From IMG/VR virus record IMGVR_UViG_3300042898_002521, positions 23,549 through 87,548 of that record: a stretch of 64,000 nucleotides of DNA. One strand, given 5' to 3'. The stretch is from a virus. Both the position numbers and the translations under genes were made by a program. The notes beneath the pieces were generated by a model that saw only the letters and a program-made list of their open reading frames with translations, did no database searches and was not told the origin of the DNA. Below are positions 16,558 through 24,488 of the stretch, in pieces (positions within the stretch are counted from its first letter, which is position 1; each line of letters begins with the position of its first letter).

Positions 16558-16636
16558 TGGAGCAGTCGAGAGTCGAACTCGATTCCTAACATTTCCGACA
16601 TGCGGAGTTAATGCCAGTCGATACCAAATCTGCCCC
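16558..16636 (-). ncRNA. ssrA: Mini-tmRNA: tRNA-like domain only, no mRNA-like domain
   Basis: GGGGCAG/CTGCTCC-A acceptor with G3:U wobble; stemless D-loop ATTTGGTATCGA; helix CTGGCATT/AATGTTAG capped by TCCG-CATGT-CGGA; GAA linker; TCGAG-TTCGACT-CTCGA T-arm. Confidence 0.85.
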
Positions 16637-16645
16637 TGGTAGAAA

Positions 16646-17119
16646 TTAAACTCTACCATAGCGGACGTTAGACGTCCAGATACTTTCTATTCGTACACGG
16701 TGCCCGTGTTTAGGAGAATGAATAACCTTTCCATTACCTACATAAATTGCTACATGGTAAGCGTAACCTTGCTTAGTGACAAAAAATACTAAGTCTCCTG
16801 GTTTTGCTTTTGAAGCAACAATTTTTGTGGCAATACGATATTGACCTTGTGCAGTTGGTGGCAACTTAATGCCCTGATGGTTATATACGTATTTTGTAAA
16901 TCCAGAGCAATCAAAGCATCTGGGGTTTTGTCCACCCCGACAGTACGGGGTTCCGATATATTGTTTAGCAATAGCTACGATCGATTTAACCGCAACTTTT
17001 GTTTCGATTTTTGTCTGCATTTCATTAGCATTAGCCTGACCCTGGGCTACTGGTAGCGATACAAGTAAACTTGCAAGAAGCGCAATAGCGGTGGTCAGAC
17101 GTTTGGTTCTGTCTAACAT
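16646..17119 (-). CDS. Secreted NlpC/P60 peptidoglycan endopeptidase
   Basis: Signal peptide; GTPY..GG...FDCSGF, PGDLVFF, HVAIY, IHS. Confidence 0.92.
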   Translation of the reverse strand: MLDRTKRLTTAIALLASLLVSLPVAQGQANANEMQTKIETKVAVKSIVAIAKQYIGTPYCRGGQNPRCFDCSGFTKYVYNHQGIKLPPTAQGQYRIATKIVASKAKPGDLVFFVTKQGYAYHVAIYVGNGKVIHSPKHGHRVRIESIWTSNVRYGRV

Positions 17120-17174
17120 ACATTTCTACCCTAACATAAAAAAAGTTAAGGTTCAGATAGACAGGGTGTATTAC

Positions 17175-18758
17175 TTAAACAGATGTTCCTTCAATAAATG
17201 ACTTCAAAGAACCAAGAGTTAGGTCTACTCCGCCTTTATCGTCAATGCCTTCGCCGTCCATAACAGCGTTAGCTATTGAATTTTTCTGCTGTAGTGACTC
17301 ATGTTGGCGGACTTCAATAGAGCCAGACACTAGAAAATCCTGAATAACAATAGTTTCCCAAGTAGATGAAGCTCTTTTTATTCGACCGTTTCTTTGCGTC
17401 GCAAGGCCAGACGACCACGGCATGTCATAATTAACCAGTAGATTGGCAGCAGGAAGGTCAACACCATAACCCCCAGCGTCGCTACTAATAAGAACACGCA
17501 CATCAGGGTTAGTGTTAAATTCAATCTTATTATCTTCTTTAGATTTTGCATCAAGCTGCCCTGTGTAGGTTCGACAAATGTCTTCTCCTAGCTTATCTTT
17601 AATCATGCTTACCATGTCTATGTAAGTAGCAAAGATTACAACTTTATTGTCTGGGCGTTGCCCTAAAAAATCTTGTACATATTCAATTAAAGCGTCTAGT
17701 TTAGGAGAGGCGGTAACTCCATCTAATAACCCTTCTAACAAGAGGTAACTAGCGTATTGGGAACCTGCGTCTCCTACGGCTTGAAATTTTTCTGCACTTA
17801 ACTTAACTAGCTCTGGGTGGGAACATAGCATCTTAAGGCATCCTACTTTAGACATAATTCTGCCGCGTATCTCATCGGCTCGGCTACCTGTTTTATCGGC
17901 ATACCCGTAGTGGGAAAGCATATTAAAAGAACCGCCAAATAAATCTTTAGCATTATCAAGTTCTTGAATTAGATCATCAACAATTTTTCTGTATAACTTT
18001 GCAGATTTCCTGTCAAAGTAAACAAGAATAGGTTCTTTATGAATTGAGTCAGGTAAGTATGGAGCTACGTCTGGGTCTTTCTGCGACTTCCTTACGGAAG
18101 CCTCTTTCATTTTCGTATGTAGCGTAGGTAAATTTCTGTACCTATCAACGCCGCCCCAAGTATTACGGACAATAAATGTTGTGTCAAAAATATCAAAACG
18201 TCCCAGCACTTTCTGATCTACAAATTGCATGATTGAATACAGCTCTTCAGGCTTACCGTTTTCAATAGGTGTTCCCGTAAGGGCAAATTTAAAAGGAGCA
18301 TTAGCTAACTTCTTTACTTGTTTAGCTCTTTTAGACTTAAAAGATTTAATAGCGGTGGCTTCATCTAAAACAACAAACCCGCGAGGTAACTTAGATACGT
18401 AAGCCCAGTCGTTTACTACTTGTTCGTAGTTCATAATGATGTAGTCAACTTCAGAAGTTTCCCAGTTCATTGCTTCTGCGTATTGGGCTTGGCGTTGTTT
18501 GGGGGTTCCGTCAATTACTAGTGAAGTAGAGTCACTAAATTTTGTAATAGAGTTAGCCCACTGGTATTTAAGGCTGGACAAGCATACTACTAGTCCAGGC
18601 TCATAGATTTTGTCTTCATCCATTAATCGTTCAACAGCTGCAATGGTTAGTACAGTTTTACCTAGTCCTAAATCATAAGCAACCAACATTGAGCCTTGTT
18701 CACACATACGGTCTACAGCTTCTACCTGATAAGGCAGAAGTGTTCCAATAAATGACAT
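17175..18758 (-). CDS. SNF2-family helicase/translocase
   Basis: LLPYQ, DLGLGKT, LDEA, LTGTPIEN, SDAGGYGVDL..A, QRNGRIKR. Confidence 0.92.
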   Translation of the reverse strand: MSFIGTLLPYQVEAVDRMCEQGSMLVAYDLGLGKTVLTIAAVERLMDEDKIYEPGLVVCLSSLKYQWANSITKFSDSTSLVIDGTPKQRQAQYAEAMNWETSEVDYIIMNYEQVVNDWAYVSKLPRGFVVLDEATAIKSFKSKRAKQVKKLANAPFKFALTGTPIENGKPEELYSIMQFVDQKVLGRFDIFDTTFIVRNTWGGVDRYRNLPTLHTKMKEASVRKSQKDPDVAPYLPDSIHKEPILVYFDRKSAKLYRKIVDDLIQELDNAKDLFGGSFNMLSHYGYADKTGSRADEIRGRIMSKVGCLKMLCSHPELVKLSAEKFQAVGDAGSQYASYLLLEGLLDGVTASPKLDALIEYVQDFLGQRPDNKVVIFATYIDMVSMIKDKLGEDICRTYTGQLDAKSKEDNKIEFNTNPDVRVLISSDAGGYGVDLPAANLLVNYDMPWSSGLATQRNGRIKRASSTWETIVIQDFLVSGSIEVRQHESLQQKNSIANAVMDGEGIDDKGGVDLTLGSLKSFIEGTSV

Positions 18759-18783
18759 ACAAAAAGACTACACCACGTTAAGC

Positions 18784-18812
18784 AAAAAGAAAACCCACCC
18801 TTTGGGGTGGGT
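18784..18812 (-). terminator. Intrinsic terminator
   Basis: ACCCACCC-CAAA-GGGTGGGT followed by TTTCTTTTT. Confidence 0.8.
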
Positions 18813-18827
18813 CATCTTTAGTAAAAA

Positions 18828-19232
18828 CTATGCGTCTAGAATTGCCTGTGGATTAAGACCTGCGCCTTTTTTCCAGCCTGGACCCTTTTGAAGTTCCATG
18901 TGAAGATGTGGACCCGTGACATTGCCTTCGGCTCCAACCTTCCCAATTACATCTCCAACTGCAAGAGCTTGACCAACCTTGACGTTATTGGAAGATAGGT
19001 GAGCAAAAAGAAGGTGTCCACCTGCAACTTTCATTAATACGGAGTGTTGACCAAAGGCAGCACCCCAGCATTGACCAACTTTGACTACCTTGCCAGCTAC
19101 AGGAGCAACAACTACAGCACCCGTTGGAGCAGCAAAGTCTACTCCTTCATGCTTTCCGCTGGACCATCGTTTCCCCGCGATACCCCAAGGTGTCGTGACC
19201 TTATACTTTTTATCTTTCATTGGTGAAGCCAT
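18828..19232 (-). CDS. M23-family peptidase (candidate endolysin)
   Basis: HEGVD and GPHLH zinc motifs, AHL. Confidence 0.9.
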   Translation of the reverse strand: MASPMKDKKYKVTTPWGIAGKRWSSGKHEGVDFAAPTGAVVVAPVAGKVVKVGQCWGAAFGQHSVLMKVAGGHLLFAHLSSNNVKVGQALAVGDVIGKVGAEGNVTGPHLHMELQKGPGWKKGAGLNPQAILDA

Positions 19233-19241
19233 GTTCTCTCC

Positions 19242-20168
19242 TTAGAGACTAGTTTTATATCGAATTGAATGTCTAGCAGATTCCAAACCAAGGAGTACCT
19301 CGGTTTTGCTCATGCCACCAACATCCTTCATATCAGTACCAGAGTAGTCAAAGAACCAAGCTTCAAAGTTTTGAGTCTTAGTTAGCTGTGCCAGTTTAAA
19401 AGAAGCTGACGTACCAGCCTCATCGGAATCTAACGCCATTACAATTCTATCAGCGGAACGTATGTATTTCAGTTGAATGTCTGAAATTAATGCCCCATAG
19501 ACAGCTACTCCACCAGGTATTCCTATAGACGCAAGCCGTACAACGTCTAGTGGGGACTCTACAACTATCATGTCGCCATCTGTGTACTGCTGAAACCCAA
19601 ATAATCCGTTGGACTTCTTTACCCCCACAGGGTAATTTCGGAAGTGCCTTCCAGTAAAGGCTTTAACTTGCCAGCCTTGCAGGTTACCTGTTTGAGGGTC
19701 TCTAATAGGAATGATCCAGCTTTCAGTAGATCGTTCCCACCGTAAACCAAACTGCTGAGCAGCAGCTAGTGTCAACCCACGAGCTTGCAAGGCATGCTCT
19801 GGAGGGTCTGTAAAAGCTGCTAGAGAGGCTTCTGAAATGTAAACCAACTCTTCAAAAATTTCTTTGGGTTTACTAATTGCTCGCTCAAAAGCATCCATAA
19901 GTTCTCCGCCACTAGACAACCAAGCCTTAGCATCGTCGTAGTTTAATTCACGCAAAGTTGCTGTAAGAGAAATGATGTTACCGCGGTACTCGCACGAGAA
20001 ACAGATGTGAGCTCCAGTATCGGCGTTTATATACCAAGAAGGATTGCGGTCTGCTTTCCCTGTGCGCTGTTCATGCATGGGGCAAAACCCTTGTATCTCG
20101 TTTCCACGAGAACCTACATGCTCAATACCTAAGTCGTCTAAGACGCGCTCCATTTCATCTATGGTCAC
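19242..20168 (-). CDS. dnaG: DNA primase (CHC2 zinc finger + TOPRIM)
   Basis: CPMH...PS...CFSC; VVESPLD; LDSDEAG; KDVG. Confidence 0.92.
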   Translation of the reverse strand: MTIDEMERVLDDLGIEHVGSRGNEIQGFCPMHEQRTGKADRNPSWYINADTGAHICFSCEYRGNIISLTATLRELNYDDAKAWLSSGGELMDAFERAISKPKEIFEELVYISEASLAAFTDPPEHALQARGLTLAAAQQFGLRWERSTESWIIPIRDPQTGNLQGWQVKAFTGRHFRNYPVGVKKSNGLFGFQQYTDGDMIVVESPLDVVRLASIGIPGGVAVYGALISDIQLKYIRSADRIVMALDSDEAGTSASFKLAQLTKTQNFEAWFFDYSGTDMKDVGGMSKTEVLLGLESARHSIRYKTSL

Positions 20169-21394
20169 ATGTCATCACTACTAATCTCACGGAACTCACC
20201 TGTGTTCCAATCCCACACTAATGAAACCTCTAAAGGGCCACAGTTACGGCTAGCCATAACCTTTAACAACCTAGTGTCGTCTACGTTTTCATCCTCACGT
20301 TGCAAACCAAATACAACATCAGCATCTTGAAAAAACGAGGAGGAGTAACCAATAGAGTCTACTGTTACGTTACCCTTACGCATCTTCCATCCCAAAGCCT
20401 GAGTGGTAATAACAATTGGAATCTGATGCTTCTGTGCAAGACGCTTAAGACTACGTGTGATGTTAGTAAGAGCTAAAGCAGTGTTTGCTTCTCCAGACTG
20501 CTCATCCATCATTAAGTACACACCGTCAATAAATAAAACGTTAGGCTGCAACTGCTGAATCTTATTTGATATTCCAGAAACTACGGATGCTCCTGCTGAG
20601 TCGGTCAACCAAAACTTATGTTGAAGCATTGTCATACCGCGAAGCTTTGCTTGGTACCGCGCTTCTTCCTCTGAGGTAAGAGTTCCTGTGGTTAGGCGGT
20701 GGTGTGAGATACGAGCACGCATAGCATCGTAACGAGTAATTTGTTCTTGGTTACTCATTTCAAATGATTGAAAAACAGGAACCTTTCCACCACTATGAAT
20801 GTTATGAGCCATCTGTAATGCAAGAGTTGACTTACCAGTTTTAGGTGGAGCAACAATTACAATCAGCTGACCTGGCTGTAGACCGCTGGTTGCTTGATCA
20901 ATAGTACTAAACCCTGTTGCCATTCCACGAAGACCTCCTGGAAGGTTCTTACGCTCAAGGTACTCTTCCCAACGCTGATCAGTGTTCTGGGTAATATCAA
21001 TGTCACTAACCGCGTGAAATCCATTGTCGTCAAGTGTGGAAAACCCGCTTTGTAAAATAGATACAGCGTTTTCGTGGTTACCAAACTTTTCAATCTCTTC
21101 AATTGCTTTTCGAATAGAGTTATTAACAATAGCTTTACGTTGGGCTTTGACTACTTCATCTACTAAAAAATCAAGAGAGTCGCTAACTTCAACAAGAGCG
21201 TACGTAGGAAAATTATCTTTAATAACTTCTGTGCTAGGAACTTCATTGTAATTGGTGTAATGGTTCCTGACAAAAGACCATACTCTTCGGTCCTCATTGT
21301 TTGAAAACCAGGGCTCGGACACGCCGCGCTCAAGCAGAAAACTAATGCTTCGTTCGTTTAATGCTCGGTTTAGTAGTAGGTTTTCGTAGTTCAT
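20165..21394 (-). CDS. dnaB: DnaB-like replicative helicase
   Basis: TGFSTID..TSGLQPGQLI, APPKTGKS, SFEM, FIDG, TTQ, QDADVV, SRN. Confidence 0.93.
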   Translation of the reverse strand: MNYENLLLNRALNERSISFLLERGVSEPWFSNNEDRRVWSFVRNHYTNYNEVPSTEVIKDNFPTYALVEVSDSLDFLVDEVVKAQRKAIVNNSIRKAIEEIEKFGNHENAVSILQSGFSTLDDNGFHAVSDIDITQNTDQRWEEYLERKNLPGGLRGMATGFSTIDQATSGLQPGQLIVIVAPPKTGKSTLALQMAHNIHSGGKVPVFQSFEMSNQEQITRYDAMRARISHHRLTTGTLTSEEEARYQAKLRGMTMLQHKFWLTDSAGASVVSGISNKIQQLQPNVLFIDGVYLMMDEQSGEANTALALTNITRSLKRLAQKHQIPIVITTQALGWKMRKGNVTVDSIGYSSSFFQDADVVFGLQREDENVDDTRLLKVMASRNCGPLEVSLVWDWNTGEFREISSDDM

Positions 21395-21403
21395 CTGTTC
21401 CCC

Positions 21404-21799
21404 TTAAAAGTCCAATCCTAAGCGACCATACATTAGTTGGTGCTCTGGGTCAATTACGCCGATTACTTCTGGTCTGTATGGTAAGTCTGCAACTAACTTC
21501 TTTGGAGAAGCGTAATGGTTATAGTACCTGAACGGGTTGTTGCCTGCCCTATCAATTTTGTTAAACAAGATTTCAAGTTCAGAATCTTTGTACTCAAATG
21601 AAACTAGCTCAAGTGTTATCCCTGCACGAGTAGTGTACAAGTAAAACTTGTTTAAAAGAAACTTGTCAAACCCAATCTCTTCAGACTTAACATTAAATAT
21701 TTTTAATTTCTTTTCTATTACGGGTACCTTGATAAATATTAAATTAGCATTTACAAGTACACGCCGTGGCATGTCATTGCTTATGTCCCCTTTATACAT
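21404..21799 (-). CDS. Hypothetical phage protein
   Basis: 131-aa ORF inside the replication operon. Confidence 0.75.
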   Translation of the reverse strand: MYKGDISNDMPRRVLVNANLIFIKVPVIEKKLKIFNVKSEEIGFDKFLLNKFYLYTTRAGITLELVSFEYKDSELEILFNKIDRAGNNPFRYYNHYASPKKLVADLPYRPEVIGVIDPEHQLMYGRLGLDF

Positions 21800-21802
21800 G
21801 GT

Positions 21803-22114
21803 TTAACAAACCTCTATTTTTCCAAATTTAATAATGAACTTTCGCAGTTCTTCTGAAGACTCGTGAGCCCTATCAGTTTCTTCATCAGTTACTTCTGTAG
21901 AAATTTGTAATGGGTAAGTACCGTGGTTTTGTTTGACGCGTGAGGTTACAAATTTAGTATGCTTGCACGTCCCACGTCCAGCGTATCCTGGACAAGTGCA
22001 GATAAAGTTTCTATCTCTGTTAATACTTACTTCAAAAATACCTGGGCCTGGGGTGCCTGAACCGCCTAAGAAAATCTGAACTAACTTGGTGTCTTCCATA
22101 ACTCCCTCGCTCAT
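21803..22114 (-). CDS. SWIM zinc-finger protein
   Basis: CTCP...CKH motif. Confidence 0.8.
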   Translation of the reverse strand: MSEGVMEDTKLVQIFLGGSGTPGPGIFEVSINRDRNFICTCPGYAGRGTCKHTKFVTSRVKQNHGTYPLQISTEVTDEETDRAHESSEELRKFIIKFGKIEVC

Positions 22115-22806
22115 TTTTTTCGTAAGTCTCCCTTAGTAGATTTTAGTTCAATTGTGGCAAAAGCTTCGTGTATAAACGACCCAGTTGCTTCACCATACGC
22201 AGCGGACCAAGCATCTATGGGAAGATTTGTGGTAACTATGGTGGGAAGTCCTAGGTTAAATCTGGTACGCAAAATATGATGAAGCAAGTTCTTGTTCCAG
22301 CCACTGCCTGATACATGCTCTTTACCTACGTCATCAATGACTAGTACTCGAATGTTATATGCATCGTCTTCGCACTCACCGTGCATACCTAAAAACAAAC
22401 GCTCTTGCTCATCGGTTTTATCTGATCCCATCAATGCGCCTTTAAGTTCAATAATGTCGTTATAAGTAGCAAAGTGACATGGCTTTACAAGAACTCTACC
22501 TTTGTTTACAGCAAAATCTTCTAAATCAAATGTCCGCATCATCTCTTGGATAACCGCCAAAGAAAGAGTAGTCTTCCCATGCCCTGGCTCCCCAACAAGT
22601 AACAAGCCTTTGCCACAAATAGGTTTACCATCTGCACGGATTACGTCTCCAGACTTAACCTTGCGTATCCAATTAGATACAAGTTTTAAGTCTTGCGCAG
22701 ATACCTCTTTGCAGTCTGATAACTCCCAGCCCCTGCGGTTTGAAGGGACGTTAGCAATAGTTAACCAGGACTTACGTCGCACAGGTAACTCGCTAACATT
22801 AATCAT
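22111..22806 (-). CDS. DnaC/IstB-like AAA+ helicase loader
   Basis: GEPGHGKT, LVIDDVGKE, R..LPTIVTTN. Confidence 0.88.
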   Translation of the reverse strand: MINVSELPVRRKSWLTIANVPSNRRGWELSDCKEVSAQDLKLVSNWIRKVKSGDVIRADGKPICGKGLLLVGEPGHGKTTLSLAVIQEMMRTFDLEDFAVNKGRVLVKPCHFATYNDIIELKGALMGSDKTDEQERLFLGMHGECEDDAYNIRVLVIDDVGKEHVSGSGWNKNLLHHILRTRFNLGLPTIVTTNLPIDAWSAAYGEATGSFIHEAFATIELKSTKGDLRKK

Positions 22807-22966
22807 TTGCTTCCTCTGACTTACCGCAACTGCAATTAGTGCACTTACAATCTGGGTTAGACTTCTCTGCTTTCTGAATCCACTCAGTTATGCGCTGAAC
22901 AGATTCTGAAGTTAAACCTGCTTGACGGTAATCACGCTCAATACTTTCTTCAAACGCACGTTTCAT
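22799..22966 (-). CDS. 55-aa hypothetical protein with Cys-rich tail (not in ORF track)
   Basis: MKRAFEES...CKCTNCSCGK; fills the gap between neighbours. Confidence 0.6.
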   Translation of the reverse strand: MKRAFEESIERDYRQAGLTSESVQRITEWIQKAEKSNPDCKCTNCSCGKSEEAND

Positions 22967-22967
22967 A

Positions 22968-23900
22968 TTACTCACTTAACCACTCCTGTGACTTAGCAGC
23001 TTGTAAAGCTGATGTTTCTTTTTCCTCTGGTGTTTGTACCATACGTTTTGCCTGTACTGCAAGTTCGGGTGAACGAGTAATAAACAGTTTCCACATATGC
23101 TCTCCGTCTTCGTACTTTTCAAACTTTGTAGTTTCAAAGAATAAATCTAACATCTTGTACTCAGTCTCACCATCAGTCTGATGCACCATTCGCATTTTAG
23201 CAAATGCGCCTGTAATCCTGCGTACGGTAATGTTGTTTTTAATATGAAAATACCGAGTTAAACGATCCATAAATTCATAAGCAACTTCGTTACTACCCCA
23301 TTTTTCAACTGCAAGATCGTGACGAGAGCCTAACTTAGCCCTTTTCGTAGAAGTAAAAGTTGTCTGAGACTCCGCCATCTTAGCATCCCGTAGTTTACGC
23401 CGTTCTTCTTTACCGTCCTGAGTGTAATCATCTTCTGACTCATTTGCGTTAAAAAAATGATACGGCATTTCCTTCTCCTCTACCAAGATGTTAAATGTCT
23501 TGTCTTCGTTACGAGGGTTTCCCCTCGTAACTTCTTTACTAGTTATACTAGTTATATTATTAGGATTAATAAGCTGGTTCCCACTTAAAAGGACGACGGG
23601 TTTTCCGACCCCCGACCCCCACTCCGCAGTCGGATTATCCGACCGCGGCAACCAGTCTCTGATGTACATCCAACCAAGGTCGGTAATGTCTTCAAAGTTG
23701 TTCCATTGTTTTTGCGGCCCTGTTTGATAGCTGCCTCTTTTGATCATGCCCGCTTCCTCAAGCTCCTTTAAAGCCCCGCTCCAATAGTCTCTACCGAACC
23801 CTGGAAAGGCCTCCATAAGCCCAGGCCTGGTCATGCGAACCTTACCTGTAGCTCCTGCCATAAGGGCAACTAGTGCCTTAGGCGATAACATGCTTATCAT
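22968..23900 (-). CDS. Putative replication initiator (N-terminal winged HTH)
   Basis: GRDYWSGALKELEEAGMI wHTH-like segment; upstream of loader, helicase and primase; internal iteron-like DNA. Confidence 0.6.
   Translation of the reverse strand: MISMLSPKALVALMAGATGKVRMTRPGLMEAFPGFGRDYWSGALKELEEAGMIKRGSYQTGPQKQWNNFEDITDLGWMYIRDWLPRSDNPTAEWGSGVGKPVVLLSGNQLINPNNITSITSKEVTRGNPRNEDKTFNILVEEKEMPYHFFNANESEDDYTQDGKEERRKLRDAKMAESQTTFTSTKRAKLGSRHDLAVEKWGSNEVAYEFMDRLTRYFHIKNNITVRRITGAFAKMRMVHQTDGETEYKMLDLFFETTKFEKYEDGEHMWKLFITRSPELAVQAKRMVQTPEEKETSALQAAKSQEWLSE
23509..23643. other. Candidate replication origin inside the initiator gene
   Basis: 9-bp inverted repeat, AT-rich tract with ACTAGTTAT x2, two related 15-bp palindromes. 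Confidence 0.45.
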
Positions 23901-24433
23901 TTCTTTAATACTCGCTTTAACTCTTTGCCAATAGCCTCGGCAAAAATGTCAGCAATAATACGAACGGCTTCATATAGTGGGTCTTCAAATTCCTCTGGGT
24001 CCTCGTCATCCTCAGAGTCAGACTCAAGTTCTTCTTCCGTCATTTGTTCTTGTTCAGGAATAGCAGGTGCCGTAACAGCTTTGATTGAATCTTGAGGTAC
24101 TAGTTCGTTAAGCCCCTCAGTCAAGTCAAACGCTGGAATTCCGTTTTCTTTAGCAATAGCAAGGCTAGATAAAGACTCAGGATCATCGTCATCCCAAAGA
24201 ATGAACATAGCTGAGTTATCTGGCATATCCTCAGGGTTTGAAAGCTCTGTCTTAAACTCAATTTCCTTATCGGCAAGGTATTGTTTAAGCCAAACTTGAC
24301 CCTCGGAAAGTCTAACAGGGTTAGCTAATGTAAACTTAATTTTTGGGTTAGCGTGAATGTAGTCATCTACTAAAGCCTCAACATTTGCACGGCTAGTTTT
24401 ACCATTTCCCGTAACTATAATGTGGTCGTACAT
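23897..24433 (-). CDS. Hypothetical protein with acidic C-terminal region
   Basis: 178-aa ORF, AAGGAG RBS, TATAGT -10 box upstream. Confidence 0.75.
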   Translation of the reverse strand: MYDHIIVTGNGKTSRANVEALVDDYIHANPKIKFTLANPVRLSEGQVWLKQYLADKEIEFKTELSNPEDMPDNSAMFILWDDDDPESLSSLAIAKENGIPAFDLTEGLNELVPQDSIKAVTAPAIPEQEQMTEEELESDSEDDEDPEEFEDPLYEAVRIIADIFAEAIGKELKRVLKK

Positions 24434-24488
24434 AAAATCTCCTTATAGGTAGGAGACCTACTATACACGTACTGTTATAATTTACAAA

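Noticed and set aside
16558-16636. Reading the mini-tmRNA as a normal tRNA, a permuted two-piece tmRNA or an attP fragment
   Set aside because: There is no D-stem or 7-nt anticodon loop; both ends are contiguous and in normal order; the 5' end is intact and no integrase is nearby.
16450-16659. 69-aa ORF in the track
   Set aside because: It overlaps the tRNA-Asn and mini-tmRNA entirely; shadow ORF.
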